DNA of 64,000 nt from assembly GCF_015831355.1 (NCBI RefSeq), contig NZ_JADWYR010000003.1:340422-404421 (forward strand), written 5' to 3'. The DNA comes from Panacibacter microcysteis. GTDB lineage: Bacteria > Bacteroidota > Bacteroidia > Chitinophagales > Chitinophagaceae. Each line of letters starts with the position of its first letter. Position 1 is the stretch's first letter. Both the position numbers and the translations under genes were made by a program. The notes below the pieces were generated by a model that saw only the letters and a program-made list of their open reading frames with translations, ran no database searches and had not been told where the DNA came from. This document shows positions 37,989 to 47,998 of the stretch, piece by piece.

Positions 37989-38789
37989 CTACTTTGTTGA
38001 TAATCTTTTTATTTCTTTATCTGTAAGAACCCGGTTAAAAATTCTCACTTCATCCATGTAACCTTCAAAATATAATGGATCTTGTGACCACCACACTCCC
38101 AGGCGAAGAGGTTCTGCCTGGCAAACCGGGCTAGAAACTTTGGGCTGAGAGCCCACTAAAACGCCATTTAAATACATTTTCTGTTCGTTGTCGTTAAAAG
38201 TTACAGCAATATGGTTCCATTTATTAAGTTCGAAGTTTGTATTGCTGTTTATTGTTGTATTCCAGTCCCAGTCCCACGGTGAATTGCAGTAACCCTCTTT
38301 TTTTGTATTAAACTGAATTGGGTCGGCATTAGCCTGCTCTATTACCAGTACCAAAGAAGCGTTCCAATCAGGTGATGTGTAAGGAATATCGTGTGTAATT
38401 TTGCTGAATAGCAACTGTCTGTTTGATGTTGTTGCGTAAAAATCCATAGAAACTGTCATTTCTGTTAAGCCAACAAAATCTGCTTCCGGCACTTCGATGT
38501 AAGTATTCGAGGCAGCAAAAGAAGCTGCTTTGGAGGGTCTTCCAAATCTGTCTGTAACAAAGGAAATGTTACCTACAAGAGCGCCATGATTATTATGACC
38601 GCTTTTGTCTTTCAGGTTTGAGTTGAAAGGATAGTAACAAAGGAGCGAAGAATCATTAAGCCTCGCATCAATTAAGTCCTCTTGAGATGTGGAAACCAGG
38701 GCATTTTCAGTTTTCTGGACATAGTCTTTTTGACAAGATTGCATCAATGTTAAAACAGCAATGCAAGAAACAATTAGGTTTGTTTTCAT
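37989..38789 (-). CDS. LamG/concanavalin-A-like lectin domain lipoprotein
   Basis: Lipoprotein signal (LMQSC); LamG-like beta-sandwich sequence. Confidence 0.55.
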   Translation of the reverse strand: MKTNLIVSCIAVLTLMQSCQKDYVQKTENALVSTSQEDLIDARLNDSSLLCYYPFNSNLKDKSGHNNHGALVGNISFVTDRFGRPSKAASFAASNTYIEVPEADFVGLTEMTVSMDFYATTSNRQLLFSKITHDIPYTSPDWNASLVLVIEQANADPIQFNTKKEGYCNSPWDWDWNTTINSNTNFELNKWNHIAVTFNDNEQKMYLNGVLVGSQPKVSSPVCQAEPLRLGVWWSQDPLYFEGYMDEVRIFNRVLTDKEIKRLSTK

Positions 38790-38936
38790 TTTTTAAAGAT
38801 TTAGTTTTTAAAAATAAAGAAATTTCGCCAAAGATAACTGCTCTGTACCATTTTAAGAAAGGATGCTAAAGCGTTTGCCATTTAACCTTCCGTTAGCTTT
38901 TGTGTAAGTAGTTTTAAGCCACCCAACAATGCTTAT

Positions 38937-39488
38937 ATGCCAAAGCTTATTGTAGTCTTACTTATCACATTTTTATCAAAAGAGGCTTATGCTCAACACG
39001 ATTTTCTTTTGCTGAAAAAGCGTAATAAAACTATTGCATCTTATTACGTGGACAACATCATTACATTTCGTACCGCTGGTGGCAGATGGGTAGACGCATA
39101 CATAAATGATATTAAAAATGATACCCTGTTCCTGAAGGAGTTTGAAATAGTTCCATATGTGAGTAGCTGGGGTATGCCTGCGACGGATACGTTATGGCGT
39201 AACAGGATGAAAATAACAACCAAAGATATGGCGGCTTTTCCGAGAAGAAGCCAGTCTGTCAACTATATAAAAGACGGCACTTTGTTGCAGGTGGCGAGTG
39301 GCGGTTACATGTTGTTGAATGTGATCAATACATTGTCAGATGGAGATGCATTGTTTGAAGATAATAATGGTTTGCGCCTTGGTATTGCTGCCGCTGTTTT
39401 TGCCGTGGGAACATTCATGCATAAATCCCGATCTCCGGTTATAGAGATCGGGAAAAAATACAGGCTTCAATATGTGCAAATGAAATGA
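38937..39488 (+). CDS. Secreted hypothetical protein
   Basis: 183 aa, signal peptide. Confidence 0.45.
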   Translation: MPKLIVVLLITFLSKEAYAQHDFLLLKKRNKTIASYYVDNIITFRTAGGRWVDAYINDIKNDTLFLKEFEIVPYVSSWGMPATDTLWRNRMKITTKDMAAFPRRSQSVNYIKDGTLLQVASGGYMLLNVINTLSDGDALFEDNNGLRLGIAAAVFAVGTFMHKSRSPVIEIGKKYRLQYVQMK

Positions 39489-39517
39489 TCTTTTGCAATG
39501 CTATGGACATGCACTTT

Positions 39518-39600
39518 AATACCCGCATAGCCCAATATGGTTATACTGTACAAGAGTGCGACGCAACAGCTGTTTAATTGCAGTACTGCAGCTGGCACCA
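39518..39600 (-). repeat. Interspersed repeat R18 (A-type, reverse)
   Basis: GTACAAGAGTGCGACGCAA at 39548-39566; lies 36 bp past uvrA stop (minus). Confidence 0.8.
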
Positions 39601-39635
39601 AAATAAATTGTATGAACAGCTAACGGGTAATGTTG

Positions 39636-42467
39636 CTACAGGAATTTCGCGGTATAACTTTCTTTTACTTTCCTCAGATCTGCGGGTTTGCCGGCAAATA
39701 CAAGATTGCCGCCTGCATCGCCTGCTTCCGGTCCAAGATCGATGATCCAGTCTGCATTTTTAATAACATCTGTGTTATGCTCAATAACAATAATGGAATG
39801 CCCCTGCTCTATAAGGGCATTAAACGAAGCAAGAAGCTTATTGATATCGTGAAAATGTAAACCGGTCGTTGGTTCGTCAAACACAAACAGCACGTGGCCG
39901 CTTGCTTTGCCTTTGCCAAGAAATGAAGCCAGTTTTACACGTTGCGCCTCGCCGCCGCTCAATGTATCGCTGCTCTGGCCAAGCTTTACATAGCCGAGAC
40001 CAACATCCTGCAATGGTTGTAACGCTTTGGCAAGTGTTTTCTCTTCTTTAAAAAATTCGATGGAGTCATCTACGCTTAATTCGAGAACGTCGTAAATACT
40101 TTTACCATTGTATTGTACTTCCAATACTTCGTCTTTGAATTTTTTACCGCCACAGACTTCGCATGTAAGGTGTACATCTGCAAGGAACTGCATTTCTACA
40201 ACCTGTTCACCTTCGCCTTTGCACGCATCGCAACGGCCACCATCTACGTTGAAGGAAAAATGCTTTGGCTGAAAGCCACGGATTTTTGAAAGTGGCTGGC
40301 TTGCAAATAAGTCGCGTATCTGGTCGTATGCTTTTATGTATGTTACAGGGTTGCTGCGCGATGATTTACCGATGGGGTTCTGGTCAACCAGTTCTACCTG
40401 TGTGATGTAGTCAACATCACCTGTAATTGCTTTATGAAAGCCTACTTTATCAGCAAAATCTCCTTTCAGTTTTTTAAGCGCGGGATAAAGGATTTGTTTT
40501 ACAAGGGTAGTTTTACCGCTTCCGCTAACGCCGCTTACCACGCAAAGCATATTAAGCGGAAACTCGACCGTAACATCTTTCAGGTTGTTGTGCCTTGCAT
40601 TTTCAACACGAATGTACCGGTTATACCTGCGGTTCACTTTTGGCAAACTTACCTCAAGCTCTCCTTTTAAATATTTGCCGGTAAGGCTTTTGCTATTTGA
40701 AACGATTTCATCGTAGTTGCCGGCTGCAATTACTTCACCGCCCAGATGCGATGCAAGTGGTCCCATATCTATAATATGATCTGCTTCGCGCATCATCAGT
40801 TCATCGTGTTCTACCACCACCACTGTGTTGCCTGCATCACGTAGTTGCTTTAATACATGTATCAGCCTTTCTGTATCTCTTGAATGAAGTCCGATAGATG
40901 GTTCGTCTAGTATATAAAGCGAGTTGGTAAGGTTGCTGCCAAGACTGCGTGTTAGCTGAATGCGCTGGCTTTCACCACCGCTCAATGAATTAGCGAGCCG
41001 GTTTAGTGTAAGATAACCGAGACCAACATCAATAAGTGTTTGCAAACGTTGATGAATTTCAATTAATATTCTTTTGGCCACCTGCTGATCATGTTCTGAA
41101 AGGCTAAGGTTATTAAACCATTGCTTCAGGTCGCGGGTTTGTTCCTGGCAAAGTTCGCCAATGTGTTTGCCTCCCACTTTTACGTATAAAGCTTCTTTGC
41201 GCAAGCGGTATCCATGGCAGTCATGGCAAATTGTTCTGCCTCTGTAACGGCTTAGCAACACCCTGTACTGCACTTTGTACAGGTTTTGCTCCACCTCTTT
41301 GAAGAAATCATGAATACCGTACACGGTTCCTTTGCCGTGCCATAAGAGCTGGTATTGCGCAGGTGTAAGGTCTGCAACAGGTTTGTGGATGGGAAAATCT
41401 ATGGCTTTGGCTCCCTTCACAAACTGCTCTTTCCACCAGCCGAGTTTTTCACCTTTCCATGGCGCCACGGCACCTTCGTATATACTTAGTCTCCTGTCGG
41501 GAATTACGAGGTCGTCATCTATACCAAGCACCTGGCTAAAGCCTTCACAGGTTGGGCATGCACCAAATGGATTGTTGAATGAAAAAAGATTTGGAACGGG
41601 TTCTTCAAATTGAATACCATCAAGCTCAAACTTATTGCTGAAGTGCAGTGTTTCTTTGCCCTGGATTTGCAGAAACATTTCACCTTCGCCTTCATAAAAA
41701 GCGGTGCCAACTGAGTCTGACAGCCGGTGAATATCATCTTCGTCAAATGCTTTTTTGGCAATGCGGTCTACAAGTATATATGGCTGCTGGTTCTCGGCAT
41801 TCAGTTTTTCGAGAAGCTGTTGATCGTTTAATTCCAACAGTTCTTCAATTCTTTCGGGCTGATCGCTGATGTAAAGCCTGGAGAAACCTTTTTGGGTAAG
41901 TATATTGAGGTCTTCCCTGATATCACGTTTTGTATGTTGCCTGAACGGAACGAGGATAATTACTCTTTCGCCGTCAGGAAGTTTTTGTATGGCATTGATT
42001 ACATCGGCAACATCATCTTTACGTACTTCCCTGCCACTGACAGGCGAAATGGTTTTACCTGCACGTGCAAAGAGCAGCCTCAGGTAATCGTAAATTTCCG
42101 TCATGCTGCCAACAGTGCTCCGCGGTGTTCTTGTAATTACCTTTTGCTCAATGGCAATGGCCGGGCATAAACCTTTTATATAGTCAATATCAGGTTTTAC
42201 CATGCGGCTCATAAATTGCCTCGCGTATGCGCTAAGGCTTTCTGCATAGCGGCGCTGACCTTCAGCAAAAAGAGTGTCTATCGTAAGTGAAGACTTGCCA
42301 CTGCCTGAAACACCTGTAACAACGATGAATTTATTTCTTGGAAATGATACAGTTATATCTTTAAGATTGTGTACACGTGCACCTTTAACCACAATATCAT
42401 TGGTAGCTTCTTTCTCCTGCTTTTTCCTGCTCTTCTTTGGTGTTGCTATGATATTACTATCGCTCAT
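39636..42467 (-). CDS. uvrA: Excinuclease ABC subunit A
   Basis: Two ABC ATPase modules (GVSGSGKS twice), zinc-finger CxxC pairs, 943 aa. Confidence 0.9.
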   Translation of the reverse strand: MSDSNIIATPKKSRKKQEKEATNDIVVKGARVHNLKDITVSFPRNKFIVVTGVSGSGKSSLTIDTLFAEGQRRYAESLSAYARQFMSRMVKPDIDYIKGLCPAIAIEQKVITRTPRSTVGSMTEIYDYLRLLFARAGKTISPVSGREVRKDDVADVINAIQKLPDGERVIILVPFRQHTKRDIREDLNILTQKGFSRLYISDQPERIEELLELNDQQLLEKLNAENQQPYILVDRIAKKAFDEDDIHRLSDSVGTAFYEGEGEMFLQIQGKETLHFSNKFELDGIQFEEPVPNLFSFNNPFGACPTCEGFSQVLGIDDDLVIPDRRLSIYEGAVAPWKGEKLGWWKEQFVKGAKAIDFPIHKPVADLTPAQYQLLWHGKGTVYGIHDFFKEVEQNLYKVQYRVLLSRYRGRTICHDCHGYRLRKEALYVKVGGKHIGELCQEQTRDLKQWFNNLSLSEHDQQVAKRILIEIHQRLQTLIDVGLGYLTLNRLANSLSGGESQRIQLTRSLGSNLTNSLYILDEPSIGLHSRDTERLIHVLKQLRDAGNTVVVVEHDELMMREADHIIDMGPLASHLGGEVIAAGNYDEIVSNSKSLTGKYLKGELEVSLPKVNRRYNRYIRVENARHNNLKDVTVEFPLNMLCVVSGVSGSGKTTLVKQILYPALKKLKGDFADKVGFHKAITGDVDYITQVELVDQNPIGKSSRSNPVTYIKAYDQIRDLFASQPLSKIRGFQPKHFSFNVDGGRCDACKGEGEQVVEMQFLADVHLTCEVCGGKKFKDEVLEVQYNGKSIYDVLELSVDDSIEFFKEEKTLAKALQPLQDVGLGYVKLGQSSDTLSGGEAQRVKLASFLGKGKASGHVLFVFDEPTTGLHFHDINKLLASFNALIEQGHSIIVIEHNTDVIKNADWIIDLGPEAGDAGGNLVFAGKPADLRKVKESYTAKFL

Positions 42468-42690
42468 GAATTTTAGTTGAATTTAATTTTTCGAAAGCGC
42501 AATTTAATTTAGTTCTTCACAATTATTTTACAATTTGCATACAATTAAAATCAATATTCTATATAACTTCACAAACCACACAAAATAGCCTATCGCATAA
42601 ATTTTTACCCATCGCCACTTACTGTCCAAGAAAAACCGAAAAAACGTACTTTAAGCGGCATGCTTGAAATCCAACAAAAGCATATTTATT

Positions 42691-43272
42691 ATGAGAAAGT
42701 TTAACGAATTCTCCGACACCGAGCTAGTGCTCGCATTCCAGGATGGCAATTCCTATGCACTGGAGGCCCTTATCAACCGCTATAAGGACAAATTGTTCAG
42801 TTCAATCCAATTTATTGTGAAAGACAAGTATCTGGCGGAAGATCTTTTCCAGGAAACATTTGTACGTATCATCGACACGTTGCGCAGCAAACGCTACAAT
42901 GAAGAAGGTAAATTCCTTCCATGGGCAATGCGTATTGCACACAACCTTTGTGTGGATTACTTCCGCAAGGTGAAACGAACACCCACTATTGTTACCGGCG
43001 ACAACAAAGATGTATTTGATGTAATCGTTGTGGTTAACGAAAACGCTGAGCAGAAAATAATTAAAAAACAAGGTTACGACCGTATGCACCAAATGCTTTC
43101 AGCATTGCCTGAAGAGCAGCGCGAAGTAATTGTATTACGCCACTTTGGTGATATGAGTTTTAAAGATATCGCAGCAGTTACTAACTGCAGCATAAACACT
43201 GCCCTTGGCAGAATGCGTTACGGTTTAATAAACCTGCGCAAAATGATGCTGGAAAAACAAGTTAGTATCTAA
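42691..43272 (+). CDS. RNA polymerase sigma-70 family (ECF-type) sigma factor
   Basis: Region 2 and region 4 HTH (EVIVLRHFGDMSFKDIAAV); start set to MRKFNEF. Confidence 0.7.
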   Translation: MRKFNEFSDTELVLAFQDGNSYALEALINRYKDKLFSSIQFIVKDKYLAEDLFQETFVRIIDTLRSKRYNEEGKFLPWAMRIAHNLCVDYFRKVKRTPTIVTGDNKDVFDVIVVVNENAEQKIIKKQGYDRMHQMLSALPEEQREVIVLRHFGDMSFKDIAAVTNCSINTALGRMRYGLINLRKMMLEKQVSI

Positions 43273-43513
43273 CAACAGATGCAGGCAACATTATTGTCAT
43301 TCTGTGATGCAAATATGTACCACCGCTTGTCATAGCATATAAGTATTTCAGAATGACAGCCTATGTCTAACGTAAAGCTCTTCTTTTGAAGGGCTTTCTT
43401 TTTTACGGGTCATGAATACATCACATAGTGTATACGCCACACTTTTTATTTTCGACCGGTTCTTTTTCGCAATATTTTTTTAATCTTGTTTATCCAACGA
43501 TAAATAACCAGCC

Positions 43514-44086
43514 ATGAGTAACGACCTAATCCTTCAGATCAGCAACCGCATAAAAGAAAAAAGAAAAGAACAGAAAATAACACTGCAGGAACTGGCAGCG
43601 GAAGTGGGCGTTACCAAAGGCCTGATCTCGCAGATAGAGAATAGCCGCACGGTTCCCTCACTTACAGTGTTACTCAGCATCATAAAATCCCTGCATGTAG
43701 ATCTGAATGATTTTTTTGACAAGCTGGATACATCATCCAGCAACGAGCCGCTTATTATCAGGGCCGGCGAGATATCTACCATAGAAAAAGAATACACCAA
43801 AGGCACCCATTATTTTCGCATCACTTCTTTCAAGCACCAGGGCAAACTCGTAGACGTAGTGTTGTACAAGCAGGAGAAAACGGCAAGAAAAGGCTATGTA
43901 TCTACACAGGCGCATGAATTTGATTACATGCTGAAAGGTAAAATGCAGTACACAATAGAAGGAAAAAAGTATGTGCTGGAGGCCGGCGATTCCTTCTACT
44001 ACGATGCCCGCAAAGAACACCACACCAAGTGCTTAAGTGAAGAGCCCTTTGAAATGCTGGTCGTTTATTTTTTTGACGAAGAATAA
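43514..44086 (+). CDS. XRE-family HTH transcriptional regulator with C-terminal cupin domain
   Basis: N-terminal HTH_XRE (ITLQELAAEVGVTKGLISQIENSR) plus cupin barrel. Confidence 0.75.
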   Translation: MSNDLILQISNRIKEKRKEQKITLQELAAEVGVTKGLISQIENSRTVPSLTVLLSIIKSLHVDLNDFFDKLDTSSSNEPLIIRAGEISTIEKEYTKGTHYFRITSFKHQGKLVDVVLYKQEKTARKGYVSTQAHEFDYMLKGKMQYTIEGKKYVLEAGDSFYYDARKEHHTKCLSEEPFEMLVVYFFDEE

Positions 44087-44092
44087 TTTTTT

Positions 44093-44172
44093 GGGCCAGG
44101 GCAGCATTGCTACTATCAGGCTTTTCTTGCGTCGCACTCTTGTACACCAAAACACTATGCAGCATAGTGCAC
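44093..44172 (+). repeat. Interspersed repeat R19 (A-type), full length
   Basis: GGGCCAGGGCAGCATTGCTACTATCAGGC...TTGCGTCGCACTCTTGTAC (44127-44145)...CTATGCAGCATAGTGC; 6 bp after XRE-cupin stop and its T-tract. Confidence 0.85.
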
Positions 44173-44354
44173 CTCCGTTAATTTTTTCACTCATCATCCT
44201 GCTCATGATTAGCGCTATACCCGCCTGAAATTGCCAACTGTTGATTTATGCATAAACACGGGCAGCAAAGCCTGTATGTCACTTTTTCATCAGGTATTCA
44301 TAAACAGCTTTGCCTGCAGAAAAAATAGTTTAGTAATACTGAACATTTTAAGCA

Positions 44355-44440
44355 TGGTGCGCAGGCCGGGCTGAACAATGTTCTGAACGTACAAGTGAGT
44401 GACACAACAGGAGCTGAAGCCAGTAATACAGCCGGTTTTC
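44355..44440 (-). repeat. Interspersed repeat R20 (B-type, reverse)
   Basis: GTACAAGTGAGTGACACAA at 44389-44407; minus strand reads CCGGCTGTATTACTGGCTTCAGC...core. Confidence 0.8.
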
Positions 44441-44609
44441 AAATTTTTCCTCTTAGTATAAGAAAAACATTTCTGAGTATAGTATTTATAAAATTATTAA
44501 ATTGTTAAGCAGTAAAAGTTTACAATTACTTTACTATTTGTTAATGATTGCTTGTGACATATGGAGGGATGGATAAATAATTTCGCCACCAATTAACCAA
44601 ATTAACGTT

Positions 44610-47600
44610 ATGAAGCAGCATTTTAACCACGTATTGAAAGGATGCATGATTTTATTTGTATCCTTTTTTTTATTGCTGCATGCCAGCGCCCAAAGCATGC
44701 AGTTGAAAGGCCGTATTACAGATGCAACAACGAAACAAGCGGTTGCATCAGCTACGGTTGAAAACACCAACACAAAGAAATCTGTGTTGACAGACAATGA
44801 CGGAAATTTCAGCATTGCTGTAAATAAGGGAGATGTGCTAACGGTAATTTTTATCGGCTACCAATCGAAATCGGTTACAGTACAGGACGAAAGCTTTATT
44901 ACAATTGAAATTGCTGCAACAGACAATCAGTTGAATGACGTTGTTGTAACCGCTCTTGGTGTTAAAAAAGAAACCAAAAGACTGGGTTACTCAATACAGG
45001 AAGTAAAAGGTGAAGACCTGATAAAAGCAAGAGATCAAAACCCTATAACAGGGTTAACAGGTAAAGTTGCCGGTCTTTCTGTAGGCGCATCTGCAGAAAT
45101 GCTCAGAAAGCCTACCGTTATCCTGCGTGGTAATGAAATAACATTGTACGTGGTAGATGGTGTGCCGGTTAGTTCAGACACCTGGAATATAAGCCCGGAT
45201 GACATTGAAACGTACACGGTGTTAAAAGGTCCTGCTGCTGCTGCATTGTATGGCAGCCGTGCACAATACGGCGCCATTCTCATCACAACCAAAAAAGGGT
45301 TGAAGCGTAAGGGGTTTACGGTAGAGCTAAACTCAACGAATTCTATGGACAAAGGTTTTCTTGCATTTCCAAGGCTGCAGGATGAGTATGGCCCGGGAGA
45401 AAACCAGATGTATGCCTTTGGCAACGGTAAGGGTGGTGGCCTTTTTGATAATGATTATGATGTGTGGGGACCGCGTTTTGATGGCCGACTTTTGCCACAA
45501 TACGATGGTAAGTATGATCCCAATACAACATATACCACAACTTTCCCCGGCGGTTATCAATACACCGGAAATATAGAGCCAACACCATGGGTGGCTCGCG
45601 GCAAAAACAACCTCGATAATTTTCTTAGAACTGGTTTTCAAACAACTAACAATGTAGCATTAAGCGCTACAGGCGATAATTATAATCTTCGTTTTTCATT
45701 GTCGCACTCTTACCAGCAGAGCATGATTCCAAATATGGAATTAAACATAACCAACTTTAATATGTATGGGTCGTACAATGTAAGCAAGCGTTTAAAAATA
45801 GATGCAAACCTAAACTTTAATAAACAGTATACGCCCAACTACCCGGATGTGGATTATGGTCCAAACAGCCTGATCTACAATGTCGCAATTTGGACGGGTG
45901 CCGATTGGGACGTAACCGCGCCTGATATTAAAGGCATGTGGCAGGCTGGTAAAGTTGGTACACAGTCTGTGTTTGCAGAATACCAGCGTTATCACAATCC
46001 ATGGTTTATGGTTAATGAATGGTTGCGTGGACACTATAAGAGTGATATCTACGGATATGTATCTGGTAATTATAAAATAGACGACCACCTGAATGTAAAC
46101 CTGCGCACACAGATTTCAACTTACAACCTGTTGCGTACAGAAAAAATGCCCTTTTCCGCACACCCTTATGGCAGAGAAGGCAATATGGGAGATTACAGGG
46201 AAGATAGGAGAGACCTGTTTGAAAACAATACAGACCTGCAGTTAAACTACAATTATACTGTTGCAAACTTTTTAAACCTCTCAGGCCTTGTGGGCGGTAA
46301 TGCAAGATTGTTTAGTTACAATTCAAACTGGGCTTCAACTGACTACCTGAACATTCCCAATGTGTACAGCTTTAGTAACTCTCTAAACCCTATACAGGCC
46401 AGTAGTTTCAACGCTGATATGCGGGTATACAGCGCCTATTATTCCCTGGATGCATCGCTGGGGAAATATGCTACAATTTCTGTTACCGGCCGTGTAGATA
46501 AGTCTTCTGCTTTACCTAAAGGCAACAACAGTTATTTTTACCCGAGCGTATCTGTTTCTTCTGTAATATCCGATTATGTGAAAATGCCTGAGGTTATTTC
46601 TTTCTTAAAGGTAAGAGGTTCTTATGCTGCGGTACATGGCGATGCAACTTCCGCAACTGTTGGTACTGCACCATTTAATTCTATAACAGCCTTTGGTACG
46701 AGCCCATCCGGTAACTCTTTGTATGATTATCCGCTGGACTATGGTAATAATTACACGTCACCTTACGGTGGCCCGGATTATTCGCTTGTTGCTTTATATA
46801 ATACCAGTAAACCATATAATAATCAAACTGCCGCATACTATACAGGTAACCTTTATGATCCTAATATTAAAACTTTCAACCGTGTAAGTTATGAAGGTGG
46901 TGTGGACATGAAGTTTTTAAAAAACCGTCTCGGTCTTTCCGGTACTTACTTCCAATATGTTGACGGTCCGAGAATATTGCAGAATCCTATTTCATCTTCA
47001 ACCGGCTACAGTTATTACTACCTGAATGCGTTAACAACAAAGAAGACCGGTTACGAAATTTCTTTAACAGGTACACCTGTAAAAACCAAGAATTTCACCT
47101 GGAATACATTGATAAACTGGAGCACCTACCAGGACAAATACGCAGAGCTGCCACCCGGACAAACCACCTATAATACATTCTTTCGCGAGGGCGATAGGGT
47201 AGATGCATTTTATAGCAGCGCATTTGTAAAAACCGCAGATGGACAAATCATATTTGACCAGGCTGGTAAGCCACTGGTTAACCCTGTATCACAGTTCCTG
47301 GGTTACCTGAATGCAGATTTTAGCTGGAGTTTTTACAACAGTGTAAGCTGGAAAAATCTTTCAGTTGGTTTCCAGTTTGATGGTCGTGTGGGTGGTGTAA
47401 CTACAGACTACATGCACAACAAAACCATGCGTGGCGGAAGAAATATCGAAACTATACAAGGTGCTTTTGGCGCGGCAAGATTATCAGATGATAACAATGC
47501 AGGCAACCCCGACTATCTTGGTATTTACGTAGGAGAGGGTGTAACTGTAAGCAACAATACCGCTATCAATTTTGATTCCGAAACAGGTGAAATATTGAAT

Positions 47601-47936
47601 TATAAAGACCTTCAATTTGCACCTAATTCGCAGGTTTCTCTTGTGCAGGATTACATAAGTAAATATTACAATGTAAGTGAAGCCAACCTTATGAGTAAAA
47701 CATATGCCAAGCTGCGTGAGGTTACGATCACTTACAATTTCCCACAACAATGGCTGCAGAAGAGTTTTATCAGCAGATTAAGTGTTTCGCTTGTAGGCCG
47801 TAATCTTTTATACTTCTACAAAGACAAAAGATTCAAAGATGTTGATCTAGACCAATATAATTACAGTACTGGTGGTACAGACCTTCAATCGCCCACAATG
47901 CGCAGGTATGGTTTAAATATCAACGTAGTATTTTAA
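44610..47936 (+). CDS. SusC-family TonB-dependent outer-membrane transporter
   Basis: Signal peptide, CarbopepD_reg-like domain, TonB box/plug, SusC conserved N-terminal motif, C-terminal aromatic residue. Confidence 0.85.
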   Translation: MKQHFNHVLKGCMILFVSFFLLLHASAQSMQLKGRITDATTKQAVASATVENTNTKKSVLTDNDGNFSIAVNKGDVLTVIFIGYQSKSVTVQDESFITIEIAATDNQLNDVVVTALGVKKETKRLGYSIQEVKGEDLIKARDQNPITGLTGKVAGLSVGASAEMLRKPTVILRGNEITLYVVDGVPVSSDTWNISPDDIETYTVLKGPAAAALYGSRAQYGAILITTKKGLKRKGFTVELNSTNSMDKGFLAFPRLQDEYGPGENQMYAFGNGKGGGLFDNDYDVWGPRFDGRLLPQYDGKYDPNTTYTTTFPGGYQYTGNIEPTPWVARGKNNLDNFLRTGFQTTNNVALSATGDNYNLRFSLSHSYQQSMIPNMELNITNFNMYGSYNVSKRLKIDANLNFNKQYTPNYPDVDYGPNSLIYNVAIWTGADWDVTAPDIKGMWQAGKVGTQSVFAEYQRYHNPWFMVNEWLRGHYKSDIYGYVSGNYKIDDHLNVNLRTQISTYNLLRTEKMPFSAHPYGREGNMGDYREDRRDLFENNTDLQLNYNYTVANFLNLSGLVGGNARLFSYNSNWASTDYLNIPNVYSFSNSLNPIQASSFNADMRVYSAYYSLDASLGKYATISVTGRVDKSSALPKGNNSYFYPSVSVSSVISDYVKMPEVISFLKVRGSYAAVHGDATSATVGTAPFNSITAFGTSPSGNSLYDYPLDYGNNYTSPYGGPDYSLVALYNTSKPYNNQTAAYYTGNLYDPNIKTFNRVSYEGGVDMKFLKNRLGLSGTYFQYVDGPRILQNPISSSTGYSYYYLNALTTKKTGYEISLTGTPVKTKNFTWNTLINWSTYQDKYAELPPGQTTYNTFFREGDRVDAFYSSAFVKTADGQIIFDQAGKPLVNPVSQFLGYLNADFSWSFYNSVSWKNLSVGFQFDGRVGGVTTDYMHNKTMRGGRNIETIQGAFGAARLSDDNNAGNPDYLGIYVGEGVTVSNNTAINFDSETGEILNYKDLQFAPNSQVSLVQDYISKYYNVSEANLMSKTYAKLREVTITYNFPQQWLQKSFISRLSVSLVGRNLLYFYKDKRFKDVDLDQYNYSTGGTDLQSPTMRRYGLNINVVF

Positions 47937-47998
47937 TTACCTGCAGTCGTTAAAAGCAAATACCAAAAAACCTGATTCATTCGAAAACGAATAATACA

